Of a stretch of DNA of 64,000 bases, positions 27,930 through 40,571 are shown one piece after another. A program made the translations under genes and the position numbers. The notes under the pieces are model-generated. The model did not search any database. It worked only from the letters and a program-made list of their open reading frames with translations, and was not told the origin of the DNA. This stretch comes from Macrostomum lignano. Its lineage: Eukaryota. Where the stretch lies: positions 1 through 64,000 of the forward strand of contig NIVC01000086.1 in the NCBI GenBank assembly GCA_002269645.1. Reading direction: 5' to 3'. Each line of letters begins with the position of its first letter. The first letter of the stretch is position 1.

Positions 27930-28035
27930 TTTTTATAGCCGCCAACTGGATCGCAATTTGTTATAATGAAACACCTCGACGCTGATTGGCTGAGCCGATT
28001 TGTTATAACTGACGTCGAATTTTTTGATTGGCTGA
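27930..28035 (-). promoter_or_regulatory. Putative minus-strand core promoter (2x CCAAT + TATA)
   Basis: Minus strand has GCTCAGCCAATC twice (~28027-28037 and ~27985-27995) followed by CTATAAAAA (27938-27930). A perfect CAG|GTAAGT donor lies downstream at 26967/26966. Confidence 0.45.
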
Positions 28036-31000
28036 GCTTGTTGCCACCCAAACTCACGTGACCAGAAGATCCTATCAGTTCCCTCAGGGCCATAAAAATA
28101 CGCCAGGTGCAGTCATAAATCTCTCAAAATCGCTACATATAATGATTTATGACCTTTCGCATGGGAATGACAAAAATTAATGAAAAAATACACATTAGAA
28201 AGATCTTATTAAGTAGAAAGTGAAGATGATGAAGAGAAATCGCTAATCGCTAATCCCAAAGTACTTTTAGGGGTAAAACGCATAAGCTGTCAAAGCTGTC
28301 AAACGTTTGAGTGAAACACGAACTTAGGCCCTGGCGTCATAAATCTGATAGCGTGTCAAAAAACTATGAGAAAAAAGCGACCGCCCGCATCCTCTCAGAC
28401 CATCTGGCGCCAGCCTCAACACTGAGTGAGGCGCAGGTGGCTGTCAAACCAGTTCAAAAGCGATGATTTACAACCCCAAGTAGCGAAAACCGCGCCTATG
28501 TTACTATAACTACAAGTATGGCAATATTATATAGCTACAAAAGTCCTACTAGTATGAATTCTAGGAAAATTACATAAAAAGGAGAAAAATTCCCATAGCC
28601 TGCTGTTAGTAGGCTAGCAAGTTTGGAGCCCATGTGCTAGCGTGGAATTTGCAAAAAAGTGCGTCATCATATGGAACAAAGTGTAAAATACCGTTGAGAT
28701 TTTAGAGTTCATTAAGCGCCACATTCAAGATTTTTCAAGGAAACAAAACTCCTAGTAATAATTGTTAGTAATGACCTCCCTGCAGCTTTTGTTCTGTTCT
28801 ACGATGCCGGAATTCTAAAATTTTATTAAGAAAGTCCTAAAAGTTAGCGCATTTATTTTCCGTGTTGTTTCCGTGTTTAGTTATGAGTTATAATAAAATC
28901 ACTCTTTTCATTGCTTTAAGCCCTGATAAAAATAGACAAAAAAGTGTGCAAATTAATTTTTAAAAAATTGGTTAATCTCTTTGTCTACACTTGTATTTAA
29001 GATTCAGAAATTAACTGCTCAATTATTTAGCAGATTTTAATTAGCTGTGCTGCTACTGCAGCTAACTCTAGCGCATTCATGTATATAGCTGCTGACTGGC
29101 CTGACTGTGCTGAGTCCGCTGTTGATAAATGAAAATTGGTAAATCTGAAATTGGTGAATTCGAAATTCAATTGAACCACCTTTTTTACTCATCAACTTAA
29201 TCGCATTGATTTCGAAAAATTTATTTCGAACACACATCTCAGATCTCACTGACATGACACTGCCTAGCTAGGCTTATTCCAAATCTATAATTTAGCTATG
29301 CCTATGGGCATGATGGCTGTATCTGAAATATTAAAATAGCAAAGTATAAAATTAAAAATATTTTAAATATTTTGGGTGTTATAACTTAATCTTAAGACAA
29401 AAACTTATTTAGGCCTATGCAATAAACAAAAATTAGGCCCTACCAAGAATCATGCATGACAAGACATATCTAGTTCTAAGTTCTATGCTTTTGTTTGCTT
29501 TTATTGGGAAAAATCTATAGTCAAAGTTGAGGAAGATCTCTCTAGACCAAATTTCTAGCTAGACTGCCTAGACAACTCAATTTGTCCAACTTTTAAGATA
29601 TTTTTTAGGTGATTTTAGGTCTTATTGGAATAAGAATAGAAAACCTATAGACAGGCAACATGGGGTATAAAATTGTGGCTCAAAAACGCAAGGCAACATT
29701 TAATCTTATAGTATATAAAATCTGATGCAATGTGTCATGTGACAGTGCTAATCCTAATTGAACCTTCTAAAGCCAAAGCTGTTAAGCCAGGCAAAATAAT
29801 TGTTAAATCTTAGAATGACCACCCTCCTTTCATTTCAGCATGACAGTCATCAGTCTACACTCTGTCCATGTGGTCTCTGGCAAATATAGCTAGGTAAATC
29901 CAAAATTTTATTTAAGAATTCTAGTTATACTTATAGTTATACTGTAGCCTATTGCATTGCACTTCAATATTAGGCCTTATCTCCTAACCCTTGATTTCAA
30001 CCACAATGTAACACTTGAAAATTATAAAATTGCAACAAATGGTTGGATACCTATTGTCAATTTATTCCAATAGAGGTTTTAGGGGTTTCTCATTCATCCA
30101 TTTGTTAAGTAGACAAAAAGCCTTTTGCTTCTAAAACTGTTCATTTGCTAGGAAATAGGAGAGAGGAAAGGAGTAAGGTGAGGAGCCACTTAATAACATG
30201 TCTGTTATTATTGTTAAAATGTTATGGGTTCTATCATTTTAACAAACTATTTCACCTAAGGTTTACTTCATACATCAAGTATACAAAGCAAAAAATTCAA
30301 GAAGGATATATAAAAAAAATGGATTTTTTTGTAAGAAAACTGTGTTTATTGTCCAGGATGGAATCTTGCATGACAAGTTTGGAACAAAAAGTTGCATGCA
30401 ATTTTTTGCGCAATTATAATTACCAGGTACCCATGAATGCACCATTTTTTTGCCACTTGAATTTCTTAGCAACTTTTTTATGTTTAAAGTTTAAATAAGT
30501 TTAAATAAATCTTTAAAAATAAATTATATTACTATTTTTTAGTTTAATGTAGTTCTTAGTAGCTTTGTTTTTAAATTTGCAATAACTTTGTTTTACTCTA
30601 ACAAGTGCAATATTCAAAATTTAAATGAAATTATGCAAGATTTCTTAGAATATTAAGCTGCGCGCAGTAAGCTTTTTAAAGTTGCGCAATTTTGCTAGAA
30701 TGCATGGAGTGCATCCAGGATTTTGTATAAAAATTCCATCCTGGCATATTGTTGGATTTAAATGTAGCAATAGTAGGCCCTAACTAGTGCCTAATTGCAA
30801 ATATTAATTCAGAGCTTATTAAAGCTCCTTCAAAGCCTAAGAAAAAATGTAGTGAAACTTTGTGTGCACATGCATTTAATTTTTTTACTTACTATATAGA
30901 ATTTTTACTTTTCTGTAGTAATTTCTACAGAAATAATAATAAGCTTGATTAGAAACCAATCAAACTAAAACTTTTGAAAGTTTTCTAGAGATTAAAAATA

Positions 31001-32482
31001 TCAATAAATATTCTTCTTTTTCAACAATTCTTGGATAGGCCTACAAGACATGCTTGGTTTCAAATCTAGAGTTTATTGCATACTATGTCTTGCCCTTCCA
31101 AAATAACCTTTTCCCTAATGGCTTGTCTATAAACTAGTTTAGATTGTCATATTTGAAGAGACCAACCCCTGCAGCACTTTAACAAATATCAACAGAAATT
31201 GTTAGGTAGCTTCAATCTCACTCTGCATTCTTACTCTTATTTCCTAGCAGATGAACAGTTTAAAAAGAGTTTTTGTCTGCTTAGCAGGCAAATTATATTT
31301 AGACAAAATTACTGGCCCCCATTTTAGAACTTCAATAAGTAGTCCTAGGTTTGAATTAGGAAATGCTGCTAGATATAGCTAACTAGTTTAACTAGGACAA
31401 CAAAGAATATCAATGTCAACCATCTATCTAAAATGAGTTTATATCTAGACAACTCTGCCAAATGCTAAGGTTGATTTTATCAAATCCTATTCCAATTCAT
31501 TTGGACAAGGTGCTATAGTAGATAGACAATTTATAGCTATATTTCTAATTGCATTTTCTGCTTTGGCAGAGGCTCTATAGTCTAGACTTTAATTTGAATG
31601 ATATATTTCTATTCAAATGGCTAAAAGGCTAGCTTTTCTAAGTTTTGCAAACTATAGAGGTCAAATAGGCTACATTGTACTAGTTCTAGTAGTTGGAGGA
31701 AAAACCTGCAAGTGTAAATGGACAATCTATATTAAGCATTGCCAAAGGATCATATATAGGGAAACTATCGTTGATTAATATAGTTTTGTTTATCTGCAAT
31801 TGCAAGTTCATCTATTTTCATGTTATAAAATTATTTGTGTGACATACTCAAAGTACATAAAAAGCCATTAATAAAAAAAACATTAGACAACCTAAACAAC
31901 CCTACATGCTTAGATAAAGATTCTTTAAGTTTAAAGATACAAGCGTATAGTTACTTTTGTATCTTGAACTTTTATTTAAAAAAACATGCTTTCATCTATT
32001 TTAACTAGGCCCTAATTATGAGTTTTTTTAGATATATAGCTTTTGATATGTATCAACATAAATGACAATATATGTATAAGTATAACCTGACAATGATATA
32101 GTTATAGTTGATAATGTATTCTGCCATGTGCTATATTCTTAGATGTTTTTGTTCACAAATATTTATTTGCAATAGTGTCTAGGGCACCCTTCCTATATGA
32201 CCATATTGGGATATCCAGATAAATATATATTTTTGTTTAGCTATTCTATTAATTAAATAAACATGCTGTTATTTTCTATTTTAATATTATATATCATGTC
32301 TAGTTACAATATATCATATTATAATCCTGAGTCATGAGATCTTATATTGCTTACTTGCAATTATAGGCGATACAAGTATTAAAACTTTAATGTACGTCAT
32401 CACCTAGATCATCAACTCTGCATCTAGCCAAAGTCACTAATAGACTGTCAAATCTTTGCAGAAAACCCCACGCCAATCAACA

Positions 32483-35122
32483 ATGTCGCACGCTTTATTC
32501 GCTGGCTCTGGCGGTTCCGTAGCTCCAGCCTCTCGCTATCTGGTGGAATTCAAGGCTGGCAAGATGACACTGCAGGATGGTTGGGTCCGGCCTATCAATA
32601 AAAAGGGCATGGTCTACGTGCACCAGAGCGACGACAATCTGATGCACTTTTGTTGGAAAGATCGAACCAGCGGCTTGGTTGAAGACGATTTGATCATCTT
32701 TCCTGATGATTGCGAATTTAAACGGGTGACTCAGTGCACAACTGGACGGGTTTATCTGCTCAAGTTCAAATCCAGCAGCAAGAAGTACTTCTTCTGGATG
32801 CAGGTGCGCGGTTGGGGCTATCGAGATGCTGAGAATTGGAACCTGGATTAATCAGAGTTCAGACTGGGATAGTAAATTCAGTAGATGAAGAGGGCAGATT
32901 CGGAAGATGAGGATGGCAGATTCGGAAGATGAGGATGGCAGATTCGGAAGATGAGGATGGCAGATTCGGAAGGTGAGGTTGGTTGGCAGATTCGGAAGAT
33001 GAGGATGGCAGATTCGGAAGATGAGGAGGGCAGATTCAGAAGATGAGGATGGCAGATTCAGTAAATAGAAGGGCGGGTCAGTCAGATCCTACTGCTATCA
33101 TGTGTTAACTATCATGTGTTATCATGTGTCCTTAGCTGTGCGGTAAGGACAGTTCAGTTAAACCCCCCCCCCATAAATCCATAAATCCATAAATCCATAA
33201 ATCCTCAACCCTGTCAGGAGCCGAAAGAGGACAAAGACGCCGATCTGTGCAAGAAGGTGAACGATTCGCTGAACAACCCGCCTCAGCCGGGCTCCGGTCG
33301 GGCTGGCGGCGGCGGCGCGGCCTCGGCTGGCGGCATCGGTGGAGCCGGCGGCGGTTCGGGCAGCCTGAGCTCTGCACTTAGCGGCTTAGGCGAGTCGGAG
33401 CTCAGTAGTATGTTTGGCAATATTTCCCAGAGCGAGCTGATGCAACTGCTGCAGATGGGCATGCAGATGGGCCTTAGCCCGTCCGGGATGATGCGACCGG
33501 CCTCTACTGGGGCGGGATCTACTGCTTCTGATGGGGCCTCGGAGGCGCCTACGGGCTCTTCAGTGCCTAGTCGGGTAGGTTTGCTTAGCTTTTTAGGTCA
33601 AGCCAGTGAGAATCGCCACAGATCTATGAGAATTGCCTCAGATTTATGAGAATCGCCCCAGATCTATGAGAATCGCCTCAGATCTATGAGAATCGCCTCA
33701 GATCTATGAGAATCGCCACAGATCTATGAGAATTGCCTCAGATTTATGAGAATCGCCCCAGATCTATGAGAATCGCCTCAGATCTATGAGAATCGCCCCA
33801 GATCTATGAGAATCGCCCCAGATCTATGAGAATCGCCTCAGATCTATGAGAATCGCCCCAGATCTATGAGAATCGCCCCAGATCTATGAGAATCGCCTCA
33901 GATCTATGAGAATCGCCCCAGATCTATGAGAATCGCCTCAGATCTATGAGAATCGCCCCAGATCTATGAGAATCGCCCCAGATCTATGAGAATCGCCCCA
34001 GATCTATGAGAATCGCCCCAGATCTATGAGAATCGCCCCAGATCTATGAGAATCGCCCCAGATCTATGAGAATCGCCCCAGATCTATGAGAATCGCCCCA
34101 GATCTATGAGAATCGCCTCAGATCTATGAGAATCGCCCCAGATCTATGAGAATCGCCCCAGATCTATGAGAATCGCCCCAGATCTATGAGAATCGCCTCA
34201 GATCTATGAGAATCGCCCCAGATCTATGAGAATCGCCTCAGATCTATGAGAATCGCCCCAGATCTATGAGAATCGCCCCAGATCTATGAGAATCGCCCCA
34301 GATCTATGAGAATCGCCTCAGATCTATGAGAATCGCCCCAGATCTATGAGAATCGCCCCAGATCTATGAGAATCGCCCCAGATCTATGAGAATTGTCCAT
34401 TGTTAAGCCTACTCATTCCATCCCGCGCCCAGGTGCAAAGCTCGCCTGGAGTTCGCCCCGCCGGCAGCGGCGCCAATTCCGCGGCTTCGGGCGCCAGACA
34501 GACAATGCCGGAGCGCCCGGCCACCGCGGCCGCCTCCGCCGGTGGAGTCGCCGCCGGCAGCGGCGGAGGTCGCGAGCTTCAACAGACGCCACTGCAGCAG
34601 CAGCAGCGCACAGCCGGCGGTCGAATTCAGCTTAGCGATCTGCAGACAATCCTCACCTCCATCCAGGCTCCCGAAGGCGCCGCTCCGGCTTCGGCTGGCT
34701 CAGCTGGCGCCCAGTTTGACCTGAACGACGCCCTGCCAATCGAATCGCTGCTGCCCCTGCTAGCCGACGCCCAGCTGCAGGCCCGTCTGATGCCTTTCCT
34801 GCCCGACAGTCCGGATCTGCCGCGCAGTGTCGACGAATTGCGTCGTTCAGTTCAATCGCCGCAATTTCGCCAGTGCGTGTCGGCGTTCGCGGCCGCTCTG
34901 CGCACCGGCGAGCTGGGACCGCTGGTTGCCCAGTTCGGCGTCGGCGAGGCCGCCGTTCAAGCGGCTAACGAAGGCAACGCCGAGGCGTTTATGCGCGCCC
35001 TGCAGCAGCCGAAGCCGACTGCCGCCGCCGCTGCTGCTGAAGGCAGCGAGGATGTCGAAATGGCCGCTTCCGCTGCCAAGCCTGACGCCAAGGATGAGGA
35101 GGAGAAAATGGACGAGAGTTGA
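32483..35122 (+). CDS. ADRM1: Proteasomal ubiquitin receptor Rpn13/ADRM1, ~455 aa; join(32483-32803,33218-33574,34433-35122)
   Basis: Pru domain LVEFKAGKM...[55 protein letters not shown]...FFWMQ|[23 protein letters not shown]-terminal DEUBAD-like [29 protein letters not shown]. Phase-0 GT-AG introns. Acceptor TTTGCAG at 32461 implies an upstream non-coding exon or trans-splicing. Confidence 0.96.
32890..33062. repeat. 22-bp minisatellite (ggcagattcggaagatgaggat) in ADRM1 intron 1
   Basis: About 7 copies. Confidence 0.9.
33605..34395. repeat. 20-bp minisatellite (gatctatgagaatcgcccca) filling ADRM1 intron 2
   Basis: About 39 copies. Confidence 0.97.
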
Positions 35123-35711
35123 ACTGACAAGATCTAAAGGTTCCAGTGCAGCCCGTGACTAACTACTCACGTTTAATTATTCAGTAGTAACATTCGGAAG
35201 TTAAATAAGACCCGTCTCACTTGCTTAGTGCAATTATCCTAGTAATAATTTTCCATCTGTCCCGGAGACCAGACAATTAAAATGCTCGAACTTCTACTAA
35301 TAGTACAATAGTACAAGTGAATAATATTAAATTTTCTATTCCTTGTATTTCAACTAAACCCCCGCGCCCGCGCGCTATTCAGTTTCGCCCTATCTATTGT
35401 TTCCGCAATACAGAAGCGGAGCGAGCACTGCGAATTGGGTTTTTTAAAAAGAGTTGAGCTCTCGCTTTCTCTATTTTTGGGCATATATTGTCTGCAATTT
35501 CCTCTTAAACCCTCAAACCAGTTTTTTCGATCTAAATATATCTATCTGACTCTGTCTGTGCTGTCTGGGTTTCTAATACATTTTAATTAGCTGTTTGAAA
35601 GCTTGCTGTTCGCGTTTCTATGTTTCTGCTTTGTTCTGCCAGCCAGCAGTTTAGTTTGATATTCAGGGCTGACAGCCTTTTTTCTATTGCACGGGTTTTT
35701 AGAAAATCCGC

Positions 35712-36498
35712 AGCATGGCTAGATTAGCAATCCATGACTAGATTAGCAATCCACGGCTAGATTAGCAATCCATGACTAGATTAGCAATCCACGGCTAGAT
35801 TAGCAATCCATGACTAGATTAGCAATCCATGGCTAGATTAGCAATCCATGATAGTCACAGCATGGCTAGATTAGCAATCCATGATAGTCACAGCATGGCT
35901 AGATTAGCAATCCAGGGCTAGATTGGCAATCCATGGCTAGATTAGCAATCCATGACTAGATTAGCAATCCATGGCTAGATTAGCAATCCATGGCTAGATT
36001 AGCAATCCATGGCTACATTAGCAATCCATGATAGTCACAGCATGGCTAGATTAGCAATCCATGATAGTCACAGCATGGCTAGATTAGCAATCCAGGGCTA
36101 GATTGGCAATCCATGGCTAGATTAGCAATCCATGACTAGATTAGCAATCCATGGCTAGATTAGCAATCCATGGCTAGATTAGCAATCCATGGCTACATTA
36201 GCAATCCATGGCTAGATTAGGAATCCATGACTAGATTAGCAATCCATGGCTAGATTAGGAATTCATGGCTAGATTAGCAATCCATGGCTAGATTAGGAAT
36301 CCATGACTAGATTAGCAATCCATGACAAGATTAGCAATCCATGACTAGATTAGCAATCCATAATAGTCACAGCATAACTAGATTAGCAATCGATGACTAG
36401 ATTAGCAATTTATGATAGTCACAGCATGGCTAGATTAGCAATCCAGACTAGATTAGCAATCCATGGCTAGATTAGCAGTCCATGGTTAGATTAGCATA
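35712..36498. repeat. 20-bp minisatellite (ggctagattagcaatccatg/a)
   Basis: About 35 copies with occasional atagtcacagc inserts. Confidence 0.95.
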
Positions 36499-36509
36499 AA
36501 TAGCCATCT

Positions 36510-37245
36510 AATTTAGTGACATAGGATTGCTAATCTATATAATTTAGTGACATTGGATTGCTAATCTATATAATTCAGGGACATTGGATTGCTAATCTAT
36601 ATTATTTAGTGACATTGGATTGCTAATCTATATAATTAAGTGACATTAGATTGCTAATCTATATAATTAAGTGACATTAGATTGCTAATCTATAATTAAG
36701 TGACATTGGATTGCTAATCTATATAATTCAGGGACATTAGATTGCTAATCTGTATAATTTAGCGACATATGATTGCTAATCTATTTAATTTAGCGACATT
36801 GGATTGCTAATCTATATAATTTAGTGACATTAGATTGCTAATCTGTATAATTTAGTGACATTAGATTGCTAATCTGTATAATTAAGTGACATTAGATTGC
36901 TAATCTATAATTAAGTGACATTGGATTGCTAATCTATATCATTTAGTGACATTGGATTGCTAATCTGTATAATTTAGTGACATTAGATTGCTAATCTGTA
37001 TAATTTAGTGACATTAGATTGCTAATCTGTATAATTAAGTGACATTAGATTGCTAATCTATAATTAAGTGACATTGGATTGCTAATCTATATCATTTAGT
37101 GACATTGGATTGCTAATCTGTATAATTTAGTGACATTAGATTGCTAATCTGTATAATTTAGTGACATTAGATTGCTAATCTGTATAATTTAGCGACATAG
37201 GATTGCTAATCTATATCATTTAGCGACATTGGATTGCTAATCTAC
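36510..37245. repeat. ~28-30 bp minisatellite (gacattggattgctaatctatataatttagt), core inverted relative to the preceding array
   Basis: About 24 copies. Confidence 0.95.
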
Positions 37246-37679
37246 GCTCGCAGCTACACATGTTTTAGTAGGCACGCGCAAATTGAAAATGGTCTAATTC
37301 GGAATGTGTTTTTTTACGGCAGATGAATATTCAGCTCAGGCAGCAGCTCAAATATGCTAACTAGGTCAGTGCGCCAGTAATGTCAAGACACACCAAAGAA
37401 CAGGCTTATTGAATTAATGATAGCACAAATAGCAACTGTTGCTTCTACATGTGTACATGTATATGGGCTGCATTAGGCAAACTGAGTGCTTTTAGCTAAT
37501 AAAAGTGACGATATTTACCAAGTTGCTCAGTCACTCTCACCTACTGCCCATGCGTTTATTTTACATAAATATTGTATTTCTGGACCTGATTATCGGCATA
37601 TACGAGCTACGATAAGTGCATTGCGATTCTGGCCTGTATTGGAAACTTGCAAACCAAAGTTCGTAGCATTGACAGGAAC

Positions 37680-38130
37680 AGGTAAGCAGCACAGGTAGCA
37701 CTGATAAGCAGTACAGGTAGCACTGATAAGCAGCACAGGTAGCACTGATAAGCAGTACAGGTAGCACTGATAAGCAGTACAGGTAGCACTGATAAGCAGC
37801 AGCACAGGTAGCACTGATAAGCAGTACAGGTAGCACTGATAAGCAGTACAGGTAGCACTGATAAGCAGTACAGGTAGCACTGATAAGCAGCACAGGTAGC
37901 ACTGATAAGCAGTACAGGTAGCACTGATAAGCAGTACAGGTAGCACTGATAAGCAGTACAGGTAGCACTGATAAGCAGCACAGGTAGCACTGATAAGCAG
38001 TACAGGTAGCACTGATAAGCAGCACAGGTAGCACTGATAAGCAGTACAGGTAGCACTGATAAGCAGTACAGGTAGCACTGATAAGCAGTACAGGTAGCAC
38101 TGATAAGCAGTACAGGTAGCACTGATACGC
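37680..38130. repeat. 22-bp minisatellite (acaggtagcactgataagcagt), followed by a ~61-bp duplication at 38130-38250
   Basis: About 20 copies. Confidence 0.95.
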
Positions 38131-39059
38131 AGCGCAGGTAAGCATGCTGTTTAAAGCAGCACCAGCATCATAGTCGAACAGGTAAACAGCGCAGGTAAGC
38201 ATGCTGTTTAAAGCAGCACCAGCATCATAGTCGAACAGGTAAACATCGCACAGTTGCCAGGCAGATACACTTGTCTCCCGCATCATTTGGTCTCCAAACG
38301 CTCGCTACCCGCATTTACTGAATAATTGGCAAAATTCCTCTGCCTCATCTGCCTCCTGTCTCCAGTTTCTCTTCACTCTGCCTCCCTCAGTCCCAGCTCT
38401 TCTCCCCCGGAGCCACACCCAAATTTCAGTTTCCGCCCTAAAAGCTCGGGAGAGACCGGGAGAAGATAATATGTCTGGCTGCCGCTCGAATAGCGCACCA
38501 CACGCCTGAAAGGAAATTGTTCCAATTCTGTTAGTGACTTTTTGCCTGCATGCGAGTCACTCAGGCCCGGGATGAGTGCATCCATCAGTTTAACCAGACA
38601 GGCAATCTGTTTTAATGCCTACGGTTATTAAAGCTATCATAAGCAAGGTGCTCAGCAAATTATCGCCAGAATTTTTACCATCCTCCCTGCCCGTACCTGC
38701 ACAGAGTGTTTTTATTATTGAGCCCTATGGAATATTGCAGTCTGGATGCTTTCCTTGATTGAAAGAATAAACTGCAGGAGTCTGAGCCGCAAAGCAGGTA
38801 CCTCATAACAGGGCGTTTGCATTAATTGGCCAGCATTAGTCTTCAGCAGCTCTCGAAACCAGCTGTTGTCTGCATGATGAAGGGCATAGCAGGCAGAAGC
38901 TTGCGTGTGATGAATAATGAATTTGTTTGTTGTGCAGGAACCGCGAAAAATTTGTACTTACGCTCGTATATCTTGTTTTACTCTGCGAGCCTGCGCTTGA
39001 ATGTACATGTAAGAAAGCTGCTTGATTAATTTGGCTCAATTTAATGTCATTCCCTGTCC

Positions 39060-40068
39060 CCTGTCCGTATTGTGTCTCACTTTAGTGCCATCCCCAGTTC
39101 GTACTGTGTCTCACTTTAGTGCCATCCCCAGTCCGTACTGTGTCTCACTTTAGTGCCATCCCCAGTCCGTACTGTGTCTCACTTTAGTGCCATCCCCAGT
39201 CCGTACTGTGTCTCACTTTAGTGCCATCCCCAGTCCGTACTGTGTCTCACTTTAGTGCCATCCCCAGTCCGTACTTTGGTGTCTCACTTTAGTGCCATCC
39301 CCAGTCCGTACTGTGTCTCACTTTAGTGCCATCCCCAGTCCGTACTGTGTCTCACTTTAGTGCCATCCCCAGTCCGTATTGTGCCTCACTTTAGTGCCAT
39401 CCCCAGTCCGTATTGTGCCTCACTTTAGTGCCATCCCCAGTCCGTACTTTGGTGTCTCACTTTAGTGCCATCCCCAGTCCGTATTGTGCCTCACTTTAGT
39501 GCCATCCCCAGTCCGTACTTTGGTGTCTCACTTTAGTGCCATCCCCAGTCCGTATTGTGCCTCACTTTAGTGCCATCCCCAGTCCGTATTGTGCCTCACT
39601 TTAGTGCCATCCCCAATCCGTACTTTGGTGTCTCACTTTAGTGCCATCCCCAGTCCGTATTGTGCCTCACTTTAGTGCCATCCCCAGTCCGTATTGTGCC
39701 TCACTTTAGTGCCATCCCCAGTCCGTACTTTGGTGTCTCACTTTAGTGCCATCCCCAGTCCGTACTTTGGTGTCTCACTTTAGTGCCATCCCCAGTCCGT
39801 ACTTTGGTGTCTCACTTTAGTGCCATCCCCAGTCCGTACTTTGGTGTCTCACTTTAGTGCCATCCCCAGTCCGTATTGTGTCTCACTTTAGTGCCATCCC
39901 CAGTCCGTACTTTGGTGTCTCACTTTAGTGCCATCCCCAGTCCGTATTGTGTCTCACTTTAGTGCCATCCCCAGTCCGTACTTTGGTGTCTCACTTTAGT
40001 GCCATCCCCAGTCCGTACTTTGGTGTCTCACTTTAGTGCCACCCCCAGTCCGTACTTTGGTGTCTCAG
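39060..40068. repeat. 34-37 bp minisatellite (gtctcactttagtgccatccccagtccgtactgt)
   Basis: About 28 copies with length variants. Confidence 0.96.
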
Positions 40069-40571
40069 CTAAATTATGTGAAGAAAGACAGACCGCGGCC
40101 TCAGTCTGCCGGCTGACAGTTTTCTGAAATTTGTATCAAAGCTTCGTCTTTTATGAAAAATGAATTAGATCAGTTGATGATTAGTTTCTTTCTTATTGAC
40201 CTAATTTCCACTTTCGGACATCTTTCTGCTGAAAGGTACGTGCTATTAATCATTCCTTAGGCGTTAGTGACTTCAGCGCAACTTCAGACAAACTTTTGTG
40301 ATATCATTTTGTTTTTTAATTAAAATCTTGGTCGCACCGAATGAACCGAGTTTTAGATTTTATATTTAGCCAATCTCAAGTTATCGTAGTTGGTTCGTTT
40401 TTAAAGTATTACAGAAATAAGACGAGTCAAGCCTAAGCTTAAGAAATTTATACAAGAATATGCGATTTAAAATACCGTCTCAAGACCAGCCGCATTACTC
40501 AACAATGGACTTTCATTAAAGATAAAAATTTTCTCGTTTTTTAACCTGGTTCGCTGCGAAGAACAAAGCTT

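Noticed and set aside
27383-28093. 236-aa minus-strand ORF
   Set aside because: No recognisable domain, and its 5' part overlaps CCAAT/TATA motifs. More likely promoter/5'UTR, though not excluded without RNA data.
38373-38585. Short non-repetitive ORFs at 38373-38585 and 42657-42851 as exons of an extra minus-strand gene
   Set aside because: No recognisable homology or consistent splice chain could be built by eye.
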